A stretch of 64,000 nucleotides of DNA from Spirochaetota bacterium (GTDB taxonomy: Bacteria; Spirochaetota; UBA4802; UBA5550). The DNA is taken from NCBI GenBank assembly GCA_963664815.2, contig CAXXHB010000002.1:1-64000 (forward strand), read 5' to 3'. The notes beneath the pieces were generated by a model. The model was not told where the DNA came from, made no database searches, and saw nothing but the letters and a program-made list of their open reading frames with translations. Of the stretch, positions 11,701 to 21,960 are shown piece by piece (positions within the stretch are counted from its first letter, which is position 1; every line of letters begins with the position of its first letter). A program made the position numbers and the translations under genes.

Positions 11701-12795
11701 ATGAAAAAAGAGATTTCAACTTTACTAAATCAGGCTGTTGATAATTATTTTCAGATATTGACTTCAATTAAGTCAAGAAGCAACGCTCTGAAAGCAATCG
11801 CAGACAAAGCTACGGCAAATTTTGGTGATTTCATCACCCCGGGAAATTTCAACATATCTGATGAAATCCTCGTCAATCTTATTGAACTTATTGACCAGAT
11901 TATTTATGAATTCAGAGATAATAATGATTACAATGCTAATATCCGCGATTATATCATTGATGATCTCTATTCCAAATTCAGCCTTACACTTGAAGCTTTG
12001 ACTGATATCGAAAAATATTTGATCAATATAAAAAACAGATCTCTTTTCCCGGATGATTTGATAATAATCAGAAATAAAAACCTTTCTGAAATGATTCCCA
12101 TTCTTATATCTGAATCAAAGGGGATAACGAACCTTCAGAAAGAGATAATAAAGACTCTTCTCTATTTTCAGGATGAATCCCTTCTTGAATTTTATTATAA
12201 TTCCTTTAAAAATACAACTTCAGGCTTTATTAAATCAGCAGCACTGCTTGGCCTAAAGTATGATAATAATAAAAAGCTTAACTGGAATACCTTAACTGAA
12301 ACAGACAGCGAATATCCAGAACTTGTCGATTTTGCAGAAAAATTTGATATTAATAAAATATCCCTCAATCCATTGCCCTCAACAAAGGAAGAACTGACTT
12401 TCACAATCCTTCATATAGAAAAAAATATTCTTAAAATAAATGATCACAATTCAATAAACTGGATTATAACAATGCTTATATCCATTCCATCTTTCAATTT
12501 TGAAAATTCATGGCTTAACGAGATAAACAGTTCAATCAGTAATATACTGCTAAATATTGATCTGGAAAAATTGAAAGATCTCCTTCAAAATGAAAATATC
12601 TTAATTAAAACTATGGAGTTTATAGATCTTCTGCCGGGTAATTTTTTCAACAGGTTAACCGGACGTTTTGACGAGCTTGGAGTGGAATTTCTTTTTAACC
12701 TTAATTCTGCAGTTGAGCGAAAAAAAATCACTACTAACAATAGTAACTCCAATATTCTTAATTATTTATGCTGGAATTTTATTGAAACCTTCTGA
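11701..12795 (+). CDS. Hypothetical protein (predominantly helical)
   Basis: 364-aa AT-rich ORF; no recognised motif. Confidence 0.7.
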   Translation: MKKEISTLLNQAVDNYFQILTSIKSRSNALKAIADKATANFGDFITPGNFNISDEILVNLIELIDQIIYEFRDNNDYNANIRDYIIDDLYSKFSLTLEALTDIEKYLINIKNRSLFPDDLIIIRNKNLSEMIPILISESKGITNLQKEIIKTLLYFQDESLLEFYYNSFKNTTSGFIKSAALLGLKYDNNKKLNWNTLTETDSEYPELVDFAEKFDINKISLNPLPSTKEELTFTILHIEKNILKINDHNSINWIITMLISIPSFNFENSWLNEINSSISNILLNIDLEKLKDLLQNENILIKTMEFIDLLPGNFFNRLTGRFDELGVEFLFNLNSAVERKKITTNNSNSNILNYLCWNFIETF

Positions 12796-12957
12796 TTATT
12801 TTTCATACTATTTTTATCCTCTGAAATCTTTTATCTCATTGTTTACATGTCATTTATAAATCTCACCATTTCTTTTTTTACAAAAAATACTCTATTTTTT
12901 TCTTTTCCTGTTTAACAGAAATTTTGGAAATTTCCACGACATAATATATTCTTTAAA

Positions 12958-13256
12958 TGTGGATACTCCCTTAATGATAAGTTATCCACAAAATAAAAAA
13001 TCTTATAAAAAAGAATTTCATGCCAAGGCATGGTGAATAATAAATCATTACGATATTAAGCTGGCCGATTAATAAAAATTCATAGTCTCATATAGATTTA
13101 ACCCTGAATAATTCAGGGTTAAATTGTTTATGTCACATATAAAAAAGAAGTTTTAATAAATGTTGAAATGATTAATCGTTATTTGGGAAATTAATTTCAG
13201 AAATTAATTAACTTTGTGGATTTTTCTGTGGATAACATGGATAACTTTGTGGAAAA
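12958..13256. promoter_or_regulatory. DnaA-box cluster (oriC-like or datA/DBC-like)
   Basis: TTWTNCACA consensus matches at 12982-12990 (TTATCCACA), 13227-13235 (TGTGGATAA) and 13248-13256 (TGTGGAAAA); near-matches at 12958-12966, 13215-13223 and 13236-13244. All lie in a ~690-bp AT-rich non-coding gap. Confidence 0.75.
13096..13124. repeat. Perfect 14-bp inverted repeat with 1-nt spacer
   Basis: ATTTAACCCTGAAT-A-ATTCAGGGTTAAAT. Confidence 0.85.
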
Positions 13257-13487
13257 CTCAAATTTTAGTAGATTCGAACCTCCTTTTAAACATAAATTTT
13301 TTTTTATAAATCAGAGATACTATATGTATTTTTTGAGACATAATCTTGTTTAAAATGTTTTTTAAAAAATCTTCTCCGGTTTATCACTTTAACATATTCA
13401 CCAAATCTCTAAACAATTTATTACATTAAGATTTGACACAGAAAAAGTTGTAGATGATGTTGTTTATTATCAGTAAATGGTGAATAA

Positions 13488-14216
13488 ATGACTGGAGTTG
13501 GAACAATAGTTAATACAATGGCAATAATAGCCGGAGGAATTATTGGCTCACTTCTAAGAAGTGGACTTCCTGAAAGATTCCGTGAAACAATAATGCAAGC
13601 TATCGGCCTTTCTATTATTATAATAGGCTTGTCTGGTGCGCTTCAAGGAATATATAAAGTCACAGCTGGAGAAAGACTCGATCGAGAATTCATTATGCTT
13701 ATGATATTCAGCCTTGTTGCAGGAGCAATTATTGGAGAACTACTGAACATCGAGGACAGGCTGGAAAAAATGGGGTTATGGATACAACAGAAATACCTTA
13801 AAAACAGCGGAAATTTTGCCGAAGGTTTCGTTACCTCAAGCCTTGTTTTCTGCGTTGGAGCAATGGCTATTGTTGGCTCTCTTGAAGATGGTTTAACTGG
13901 AAACACAGGGACTCTTTTTGCAAAGTCTGTTCTTGACGGAATTATCGCTATAATATTCGCGGCCACACTCGGAATAGGAGTAGCATTCTCCGCAATTCCG
14001 GTTTTTATTTACCAGGGAGCTATTACACTTACGGCCCGTTTTATAAGACCATGGCTGACCGATTCCGTTATAATTCAGACATCACTGGTAGGGAGTATAC
14101 TGATTATTGCAATTGGATTTAATATACTTGAATTAAAAAGAATAAAAGTGGGGAATCTTCTTCCTGCAATATTCATTCCGTTCATATATTATATATTTTT
14201 TGTTTTATTTTTTTAA
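13488..14216 (+). CDS. DUF554 family membrane protein
   Basis: GTIVN..AIIAGGIIG, EGFVTSSLVFCVGAMAIVGSLEDGL, AKSVLDG and GNLLPA. Confidence 0.9.
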   Translation: MTGVGTIVNTMAIIAGGIIGSLLRSGLPERFRETIMQAIGLSIIIIGLSGALQGIYKVTAGERLDREFIMLMIFSLVAGAIIGELLNIEDRLEKMGLWIQQKYLKNSGNFAEGFVTSSLVFCVGAMAIVGSLEDGLTGNTGTLFAKSVLDGIIAIIFAATLGIGVAFSAIPVFIYQGAITLTARFIRPWLTDSVIIQTSLVGSILIIAIGFNILELKRIKVGNLLPAIFIPFIYYIFFVLFF

Positions 14217-14383
14217 TAACTGTAAACACTATCCTGATTGCTTCTCAGCCAAGCCAAATTTTTATTTATCCTGAATAATTGTCCTTCTTGGATAGAATTT
14301 ATATCTCTGATAAAATCTGAAAACCAAATACTCTATAGGGTACAGTGACAATATATAAGCACGAAAATGAATAAAAAAGCAGA

Positions 14384-14782
14384 TCAATTTATAAGGTGAC
14401 CCCCTTTTTTTGTTTCAGAAATATTAGCTGCTATTCCTGACGGATCAATTTTGTCTATATTTTCATTTATTACAGTTTCAAGTCCATTAATAATAGATTC
14501 AATATCATCTTCCACTGGATGATGGTCAAATATATAAATAAAATATGAGTTGTAGCTTTTTGTGATTTTAATTCCTACCTCAGTAAAAAAAACATGATGA
14601 CCATCTCGGCTCAAAATTCCTGTTTTCAGTGTATCCTCTTTAGTAAGTATTCCGGCATATTTATTAAATAAATCTTCATACTTGTCATCAAAAAGAGTAT
14701 ACTCTGTACCTGAATTATCCAGAGTTTTTATAAAAGAATTAATTCCTAAAAACTTAAAATATACATATGAAGCATTTGTCAT
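14384..14782 (-). CDS. Hypothetical protein
   Basis: 132-aa ORF with AAGGA RBS, downstream of coaX. Confidence 0.65.
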   Translation of the reverse strand: MTNASYVYFKFLGINSFIKTLDNSGTEYTLFDDKYEDLFNKYAGILTKEDTLKTGILSRDGHHVFFTEVGIKITKSYNSYFIYIFDHHPVEDDIESIINGLETVINENIDKIDPSGIAANISETKKGGHLIN

Positions 14783-14824
14783 TATAATTCCTTTTTTCTG
14801 AGCTCCGTTTTACAACGCCTACGG

Positions 14825-15601
14825 TTACCTGTAATTATAGATATATTTAATCCCCTTCATTGTCAACAAAGGGTCAAGAATTATTTTTCTTTCTATTCCA
14901 GAGGAAATCCTTCCTGCAAAACCACCAGTGAGTACAACTATAAATTCCCTTTTATAGACTTTTTCGATTCTGTTAACTATTCCCTCTATCATTGATATCC
15001 ATCCATAATAAAAACCTGATTTTATGGCATTCACAGTATCAAGTGCCACCAGCATATCCGGTTTTCCGAACACAATTTCCGGAAGATTTGATGCTGATTC
15101 AGCAAGGGCTTTAATTGTTGTTCCGATCCCGGGAGAGATAAGACCTCCATCAAAAAAACCGTCATGATTCAGAACATCAAATGTTGCTGCCGTTCCTATA
15201 TCAATCACCACACACCCATCACCATATTCATGATGAGCTGCGACAGTATTTACTATACGATCAATACCAAGTTTTTTAATATTTCTGTAGTTTACCCCGA
15301 TGGAAAATTGTAAATCATGCCGTATTTCAAATGATTCAACATTAAAAAGCTTCTTTCCCATTTTATGATAGAGATTATTAATTTCCGGAACAACGCTGGA
15401 AAAAGCTATACCTGTTATGTCGGCAGCAATTTCATTGTAATTCCCCATGTTGCGAAGAGACATATTTATACATCTTATAAGATCGGAAACATCACTTTTT
15501 TTATCAGTCCGGAATCTATAAGTCTTCTCAGGCGAAATAGACTCATCACCATAAAGACCTATCATCGTAGTTGTATTTCCTATATCTAAACCAAGAAACA
15601 T
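14825..15601 (-). CDS. coaX: Type III pantothenate kinase
   Basis: LDIGNT, SSVVP, LGIDR, IDIGTAATFD, GGLISPG and LTGG motifs. Confidence 0.95.
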   Translation of the reverse strand: MFLGLDIGNTTTMIGLYGDESISPEKTYRFRTDKKSDVSDLIRCINMSLRNMGNYNEIAADITGIAFSSVVPEINNLYHKMGKKLFNVESFEIRHDLQFSIGVNYRNIKKLGIDRIVNTVAAHHEYGDGCVVIDIGTAATFDVLNHDGFFDGGLISPGIGTTIKALAESASNLPEIVFGKPDMLVALDTVNAIKSGFYYGWISMIEGIVNRIEKVYKREFIVVLTGGFAGRISSGIERKIILDPLLTMKGIKYIYNYR

Positions 15602-15605
15602 GCAG

Positions 15606-17432
15606 TCAATTAACCTTCATTCTGAAATCACCAAGTCTCTTAAGCAATCCATCATTTTCTATCCTGTTAAGAAGAGGAATGATATATTTTCTTGAAAGAT
15701 TCACGGCATCTTTTGCCTCAGGTACTGTTATTTTGTCTCTTGAGTTAAAGAGGTCAAGTATATTCTTCTTCATCTCTTCATAAATTTGTTTATGATATAT
15801 TATATTTCCATCAAGACTTACAAGGAAATTAAGTTTTATTAAATCACCAATTTCTTTTTTCAGTATATCATCATTAATCCTGTCTAATTCAATTCCATTC
15901 CCGACATTTCTTTTTACCATTTCGAGGATGCGTTTTTTTGATTCGGGGAGAGTATCCTCTGTGACTGATTCAATGGTAAAATATCTTCCATCCTTTTCGA
16001 TAAGGACTTTTTCAACCTGAATTTCTTTCATTAGAAGAACCGTTATTTCAAAACCTACGCCAGATTTATCTGAAATCTCTTTCATGTTTGGTCCCAGCAG
16101 ATTTTTAAGAGTTCTCTTTATAGACTCTTTAGAATTAATGCAATATTCAGGCCAGAATAACATCTCGCCAATAGAGAGTATTCTTTTTTCCTCTAAAAGC
16201 GTTGTCACTATTTTTTCTATACTTTTTTTATTCCCTGACATTAAAGAGTAAAGTTGTTCTCTTTTTATCCATCCACCAACTGCGATGTTGAAAAGTATTA
16301 TATCTTTAAGACTTTCAGAAGGGAGAGTATCATAAAGTGTCTTCAATGTTTTTTTGTGTTTTGAGGGAATATAGCGTGGTATCACAACAATTCCCCCCCC
16401 AATAATTCTGTATCCTCCCGGTGTTGTGAGAATGAATAATTCACCCGGATACAAATTTGTCTTTGAATCAAATCTAAGACGAACAATAATATCCTTATTA
16501 AAGTTCACTTCTTCATGGAATAATATCAATTTTGCATTTAAAGAATCTGTTCCGGCAAGAATCTCCACGTAGGTATTGTTTTTTATCTTTCTATGATCCG
16601 GCATAAACGTTATGCGTGCAATAATGTCATCAGTTTCGGTAAAAAAATTATTTCTGCAGATTATATAACCACGTTTAAGATCATCCTGTGTGATATTGGA
16701 AAGATTAAGTGCTGTTCTTTGCGAGGGTATCCCCTCCTGCAATTCTCTGTAGTGGCTTTCAATTTTTTTAATTTTCACTTCTCGTTTAAGAGGAAGTACT
16801 GTTACACTATCGTTATCCTTGAATACTCCATTCTTCAATGTGCCCGTTATAACAGCACCAACTCCGCGAGGGGAAAAGACCCTGTCTATAAACAGATAAG
16901 GCTTATCTGAATCCGGAGCTTTTGAGAGCTTACGGAGATTTGTAATAATTGCTTCTTTAAGTATCTCTATCCCAACACCGGACTTCGACGAAACCGGAAC
17001 TATATCAGCCTCACAGTATTTTGTATGCTCCAGCCTCTCTCTTATCTCATTCTTTGCCATCTCTATCATTTCTTCATCACCTAGATCGATTTTGTTTATA
17101 ACAACAATAATCCTCTCTATGCCGAGAAGCTGAAGCACGCGAAAATGATCTTCAGTCTGAAGCATCCACCCGTCATCAAGAGCAATTACGAGCAGGGCAA
17201 TGTCAACTCCCCATGCTCCGGCAACCATATTACGGATAAATCTTTCGTGCCCAGGAACATCAATGATACTCACTGTTCCAAAACGCGGATAATCTATGCT
17301 GGCAAAGCCTATATCAATTGTCATCTCCCTTTCTTTCTCTTCCGGAAGCCTGTCACAATCGATACCAGTCAAAGCTCTTATCAGAGATGTTTTTCCATGA
17401 TCTATATGCCCCGATGTACCAACTATATACAT
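15606..17432 (-). CDS. selB: Selenocysteine-specific translation elongation factor
   Basis: GTSGHIDHGKT, DRLPEEKEREMTIDIGFA, DVPGHERF and NKID; C-terminal winged helix with SRKY...R.GD.R; follows selA. Confidence 0.96.
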   Translation of the reverse strand: MYIVGTSGHIDHGKTSLIRALTGIDCDRLPEEKEREMTIDIGFASIDYPRFGTVSIIDVPGHERFIRNMVAGAWGVDIALLVIALDDGWMLQTEDHFRVLQLLGIERIIVVINKIDLGDEEMIEMAKNEIRERLEHTKYCEADIVPVSSKSGVGIEILKEAIITNLRKLSKAPDSDKPYLFIDRVFSPRGVGAVITGTLKNGVFKDNDSVTVLPLKREVKIKKIESHYRELQEGIPSQRTALNLSNITQDDLKRGYIICRNNFFTETDDIIARITFMPDHRKIKNNTYVEILAGTDSLNAKLILFHEEVNFNKDIIVRLRFDSKTNLYPGELFILTTPGGYRIIGGGIVVIPRYIPSKHKKTLKTLYDTLPSESLKDIILFNIAVGGWIKREQLYSLMSGNKKSIEKIVTTLLEEKRILSIGEMLFWPEYCINSKESIKRTLKNLLGPNMKEISDKSGVGFEITVLLMKEIQVEKVLIEKDGRYFTIESVTEDTLPESKKRILEMVKRNVGNGIELDRINDDILKKEIGDLIKLNFLVSLDGNIIYHKQIYEEMKKNILDLFNSRDKITVPEAKDAVNLSRKYIIPLLNRIENDGLLKRLGDFRMKVN

Positions 17433-18823
17433 TCAATTAATCCTTTCATTTTTATCAGATATTCCACAGCATCTGCAATTATTTTCATATCTCTTTCAAA
17501 AACGGTGTAAAAATCAATTACATATTTATTATCACTTATAGTTCCGGCAATCGGTGTAGTCCATGAAAGGAAGAAGCCATTTATCTCGTCCGGCTTCATT
17601 CCGGGGATTTTTATTTCAACACCTGAACTTTCAAGTTCTATACCCGGCATTGAACCACCACCATAAGCTGCACTGGTAGGCTGAATATTAAAACATTCAC
17701 TTACGGTTCTTTCCTTCAACATATCAATAAAAAGATTAACATTCCTCATAACATCAACCGGTTTCCTCATAATCAGTTTCCAGAGTTCAATATCGTTCTG
17801 GGTACCGTTTACATATTCAAGGAGAATCTCCTGAAGGATCATGTATGTGATTTTATCAACACGTAACATCCTCATAAGTGGATGTTTCCGCAGTTTGGAG
17901 ATGAGAGATTTTTTTCCAACTATAATCCCCGCCTGGCATCCGCCAAGAAGTTTATCACCACTGAAGCAAACGAGGTCAGGACCCTGTGAAATTTCAGCAT
18001 AAACAGTCTGTTCAAACTTTTTATCCTCTTTGTCCGGAGAAAAAATATTACCGCTTCCGAGATCCCTTACATAGATTATCTTTTCACTTTTAAGCGAGGC
18101 GAGAGCTTTTAATGACGGAGATTCGAAGAATCCCTGAATTCTGTAGTTTGATGTATGGGCAGAAAAGATCATCGCTGTCCTTTCAGTTATCGCATTTGTG
18201 TAATCCTCGATTGTTGTAATATTTGTTGTCCCGGTTTCCACAAGAATTGCACCACTCTCCTTCATTATGTCCGGGATTCTGAAACCTCCGCCTATCTGGA
18301 TAAGTTCACCCCGTGAAACTATCGCCTCCTTCCCTTCGGCAAATTGTTTTAATATGAGAAAAACGCTTGATGCATTATTATTCACTATTAACGCATCTTC
18401 AGCTCCGGTAAGCTGGCAGACAAGCTCCTCGGCAAATCCACCTCTTTTCCCCCTGGATTTTGAGGGAATATGGAACTCAAGGTTGCAATAACCGGAAATC
18501 TCCGATTTTAATGTATCAAATATTTTTTCACCCAATGGAGCTCTTCCAAAATTGGTATGGATAATAATGCCTGTTCCATTGATTACTCTCTGAAGTTTTT
18601 CTGAAATTTTTATTTTTATGGCAGAGATAATATTTTTTTTCAAATCTGCAACCTGCAGTGAAGAACCTCCAATAATTAAAGACCTGTAGTTCTCGACAGT
18701 GTCCCTTACTATATTTGCAGCAATTCCTTTTCCGATTTCCGGAATCAGCTCTGAAATTTCAGAATCCTGCATTAGTTTTTCGACCTGCGGAATCGCTCTT
18801 AAGAGTTCATTTATTTTATCCAT
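17423..18823 (-). CDS. selA: L-seryl-tRNA(Sec) selenium transferase
   Basis: VINGTGIIIHTNFGRAP, VNNNA, SRGELIQIGGGFRIPD, GTTN and PLP-lysine motif FSGDKLLGG. Confidence 0.97.
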   Translation of the reverse strand: MDKINELLRAIPQVEKLMQDSEISELIPEIGKGIAANIVRDTVENYRSLIIGGSSLQVADLKKNIISAIKIKISEKLQRVINGTGIIIHTNFGRAPLGEKIFDTLKSEISGYCNLEFHIPSKSRGKRGGFAEELVCQLTGAEDALIVNNNASSVFLILKQFAEGKEAIVSRGELIQIGGGFRIPDIMKESGAILVETGTTNITTIEDYTNAITERTAMIFSAHTSNYRIQGFFESPSLKALASLKSEKIIYVRDLGSGNIFSPDKEDKKFEQTVYAEISQGPDLVCFSGDKLLGGCQAGIIVGKKSLISKLRKHPLMRMLRVDKITYMILQEILLEYVNGTQNDIELWKLIMRKPVDVMRNVNLFIDMLKERTVSECFNIQPTSAAYGGGSMPGIELESSGVEIKIPGMKPDEINGFFLSWTTPIAGTISDNKYVIDFYTVFERDMKIIADAVEYLIKMKGLIECI

Positions 18824-18949
18824 ATACCTCTAAATATATTTATCTCTTTTTTTACTTCAAACTGCATTATATGTACAATCAAGCGCCATATTTCAAGAAA
18901 AATTTATTTTTTAGTTTTTGGGCAATATGTTGTATTCAGCCAGAAACAT

Positions 18950-19714
18950 TCAATCCATTGACTCAAGCAAACTTAGCAACCGGGAACGGAGTGACATATC
19001 AGGATTACCTTCATTAAACCGATGGTGTAATATTTCAAGAAGTTGAGAAACCTTATCTGACAGATGCAAAATTAATGTAGCAGGCTCCTCCTCATTAATT
19101 CGATCAGGGTGGCATACTGAAGGATCGGAGATGTTTATATAGTCACGGCATGTGAAAGGTCTTACAGGATATACAACACATCTGCCGTTATCATCCAGTA
19201 ATGCACATTGACGTTCAAGCTGATAAAAGCATAAAAGGAGAAGATCATATTTATCTGGAAGATCATCAGTTACAAATGAGTATTCTGTAACTTTCTCATC
19301 CACATGGCTTTTAAGTAAAGTCAATGAATCCATATCTTTCCGCAAAGAGATAGCTATCGAATCAATAATTTCCGGATGATTGATGGCAAGATACCGGATG
19401 ATAATCATCACTTCGAAAGAATTCACATCATCGACCCAGTGGCAACAGCAATTTGAACATCCGGCCTTACATACAACGTTGATCCCCGATGCATCTATTA
19501 TCTCATTCTGAAAAAGATCGTATAAATTAAAAAGTTTACAGAACGTCAGATAGAATTCATCATCAGCTGGAGATAGATCTATCCGGCTCACAAGTTCAGC
19601 CAGAATATTCTCTATGGATTTTAGAAGTTCTCCCGCAAACTCAGTGATAACGACTTGAGTCTTATCATCCGGAACTTCTCTTTTACCATTTTCTATACTT
19701 CTGTTTTCAGTCAT
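18950..19714 (-). CDS. YkgJ-family cysteine-cluster (CxxCxxCC) protein
   Basis: CKAGCSNCC and CALLDDNGRCVVYPVRPFTCR motifs. Confidence 0.85.
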   Translation of the reverse strand: MTENRSIENGKREVPDDKTQVVITEFAGELLKSIENILAELVSRIDLSPADDEFYLTFCKLFNLYDLFQNEIIDASGINVVCKAGCSNCCCHWVDDVNSFEVMIIIRYLAINHPEIIDSIAISLRKDMDSLTLLKSHVDEKVTEYSFVTDDLPDKYDLLLLCFYQLERQCALLDDNGRCVVYPVRPFTCRDYINISDPSVCHPDRINEEEPATLILHLSDKVSQLLEILHHRFNEGNPDMSLRSRLLSLLESMD

Positions 19715-20062
19715 AAATATACATAAAAAACAAGTTTAATACCTGACATAAAAATTAAACCTATATTAATAATCATTGCAACTTTTGCCTTAAGAAGAAA
19801 TCAAGTATCTTTCCTGAAAATTCCATGGAATGACAGGAATTGTGACCTTACAAATAAACTTCTTTTTAATTATGCTGATAATAATCAGTTTTTCAACATG
19901 ATTCCAAACAATTATTGACTTTAAATCCCCCCATAAATAAACAATAAATATCTTTAATCGGCTTTTTTTATTATATAATATTATCAAAAACTCTTTAAAA
20001 ATATTCAACAGTAAAGAAATAAATCAGTTTTTCAGTAATAATAATTCAGGGAGAACCATAAG

Positions 20063-20515
20063 ATGGATATAAAAGCACGAATTGAAAACAGCGTTAAACA
20101 GATAATAAATGAAGAACTTGGCACCAGCATTCATCCTGATAAACTTTCAGCCATAACTGCCAGAATAAATGATAAGCTTTCCACATCGATCAATCCTGAT
20201 GAACTTGTACTCCTTCAGATGATATCAGAGGAAAAAACAAAAAAAGAGATGGCTGTCGTATCAGTCATTGGTCAAGACTCCGTTGGGATTGTCGCTGACG
20301 TAACACGTGTTCTTGCCGAAAGCAGCGTAAACATTGAAGGAATGAACCAGGCTATAGTCTCAGGATATTTTGCACTTATACTTACAATTGATGTATCGGC
20401 AATGAATATCTCCCTTGAAAAGCTCCAGGAGATGATGAATATTATAGCATCTAAAAAAAATCTGAAAATTTATATTCAGCACGAAAACATCTTCAGAAGT
20501 ATGAACAGGATATAG
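20063..20515 (+). CDS. ACT domain protein (UPF0237-like) with N-terminal extension
   Basis: [18 protein letters not shown]...[12 protein letters not shown]; typical partner of the downstream UPF0210 gene. Confidence 0.88.
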   Translation: MDIKARIENSVKQIINEELGTSIHPDKLSAITARINDKLSTSINPDELVLLQMISEEKTKKEMAVVSVIGQDSVGIVADVTRVLAESSVNIEGMNQAIVSGYFALILTIDVSAMNISLEKLQEMMNIIASKKNLKIYIQHENIFRSMNRI

Positions 20516-20523
20516 GTGTTAAA

Positions 20524-21891
20524 ATGAATTACGAAGTATCCGAAATACTCGAAACAATAAAAATGAATTCCCTTGAAAACCTAGATGTACGTACGGTTAC
20601 TCTTGGTCTTAGCCTCTTTGACTGTATAAACGAATCATTAAAAAAAACAGCCGAAAATATCAGCGAAAAGATGCTCCTGTACGGTTCAGGCATAGTTAGA
20701 ACTGCCGACAAAATCGGTGGACGATACGGAGTCAAAATTGTAAATAAAAGAATCTCTCTTACTCCTCTCTCCCTTGTCTTCGGGAAAGCCCGTAGTCTGG
20801 AGGAGTATATTGAAGCCGCAACAATTATCGATACTACCGGAAAAGAGATCGGAATAGATTTTATCGGAGGCTATTCGGCGCTTGTTCATAAAGGGATAAC
20901 TGAAAGTGAATCTTCATTTATGGATTCTATACCATATGTTCTTTCTCAAACCGGGCGTTTATGCAGCTCGGTAAATGTAGCAACGACAAAGTCAGGAATA
21001 AACATGGATGCCGTTTTGCGCATGGGCCGGATAGTAAAAAGTACCGCAGAGCTTACATCAGACCGGCAGGCTATTGGTTGCGCAAAGCTTGTTGTATTTG
21101 CCAACATCCCCGAGGACAATCCTTTCATGGCAGGAGCGCTTCACGGCCCGGGTGAGGGAAGCTGCACTCTTAATGTCGGAGTTTCAGGGCCGGGTGTGGT
21201 CTACAGGGCAGTAAAAAGCCTTCCCTATGATGCAGACTTTGAGGTAATATCGGAAACTGTTAAAAAAATTGCATTTAAAATCACAAGGATGGGTGAACTG
21301 GTCGGAAAGGAGGTCGCAAAGGAACTCGGTGTTTCATTCGGTATACTCGATCTTTCGCTGGCTCCTACTCCTGCTGTCGGAGACAGCGTTGCAGATATTC
21401 TTGAAGCCATGGGGCTTGAAACCTGCGGAACACATGGAACAACAGCAGCACTTGCACTTCTTAATGATGCAGTAAAGAAAGGCGGAGCTTTCGCATCATC
21501 CTATGTCGGAGGTTTATCCGGGGCATTTATTCCAGTAAGTGAAGATGCAACCATGGAAAAACGGGCTGCCGAGGGGCATCTTACTTTTGACAAACTTGAA
21601 GCTATGACTGCAGTATGTTCCGTTGGACTTGACATGATTGCAATACCGGGAGATACTACAGCAGAAACCATCGCTGCAATTATTGCTGATGAAATAAGCA
21701 TTGGAGTTATTAACTCTAAAACAACGGCGGTAAGGCTTCTCCCTGTTCCGGGTGCAAAACCCGGGGACGAAATATCACTCGGCGGACTTCTCGGCAGAGC
21801 AAGGATTATTCCGGTTCATAAAGAATCTGCTGAAATATTTGTTAAAAGAGGTGGCAGAATTCCCGCGCCGATACAATCTCTTAAGAACTGA
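20524..21891 (+). CDS. UPF0210 / DUF711 (PFL-like fold) protein
   Basis: [43 protein letters not shown] and GGRIPAP. Confidence 0.93.
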   Translation: MNYEVSEILETIKMNSLENLDVRTVTLGLSLFDCINESLKKTAENISEKMLLYGSGIVRTADKIGGRYGVKIVNKRISLTPLSLVFGKARSLEEYIEAATIIDTTGKEIGIDFIGGYSALVHKGITESESSFMDSIPYVLSQTGRLCSSVNVATTKSGINMDAVLRMGRIVKSTAELTSDRQAIGCAKLVVFANIPEDNPFMAGALHGPGEGSCTLNVGVSGPGVVYRAVKSLPYDADFEVISETVKKIAFKITRMGELVGKEVAKELGVSFGILDLSLAPTPAVGDSVADILEAMGLETCGTHGTTAALALLNDAVKKGGAFASSYVGGLSGAFIPVSEDATMEKRAAEGHLTFDKLEAMTAVCSVGLDMIAIPGDTTAETIAAIIADEISIGVINSKTTAVRLLPVPGAKPGDEISLGGLLGRARIIPVHKESAEIFVKRGGRIPAPIQSLKN

Positions 21892-21907
21892 TTAGAATCA
21901 GGCGAAA

Positions 21908-21960
21908 TTTAAATAATAATATTAAAACAGTAAATGTATGTTTTAATATTATTATTTAAA
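21908..21960. terminator. 22-bp AT-rich inverted repeat between convergent genes (probable bidirectional terminator)
   Basis: TTTAAATAATAATATTAAAACA-N9-TGTTTTAATATTATTATTTAAA. Confidence 0.65.

Noticed and set aside
12925-12936. Palindrome TGGAAATTTCCA near the DnaA boxes, considered as parS
   Set aside because: It does not match TGTTTCACGTGAAACA and is short enough to be chance in AT-rich DNA.
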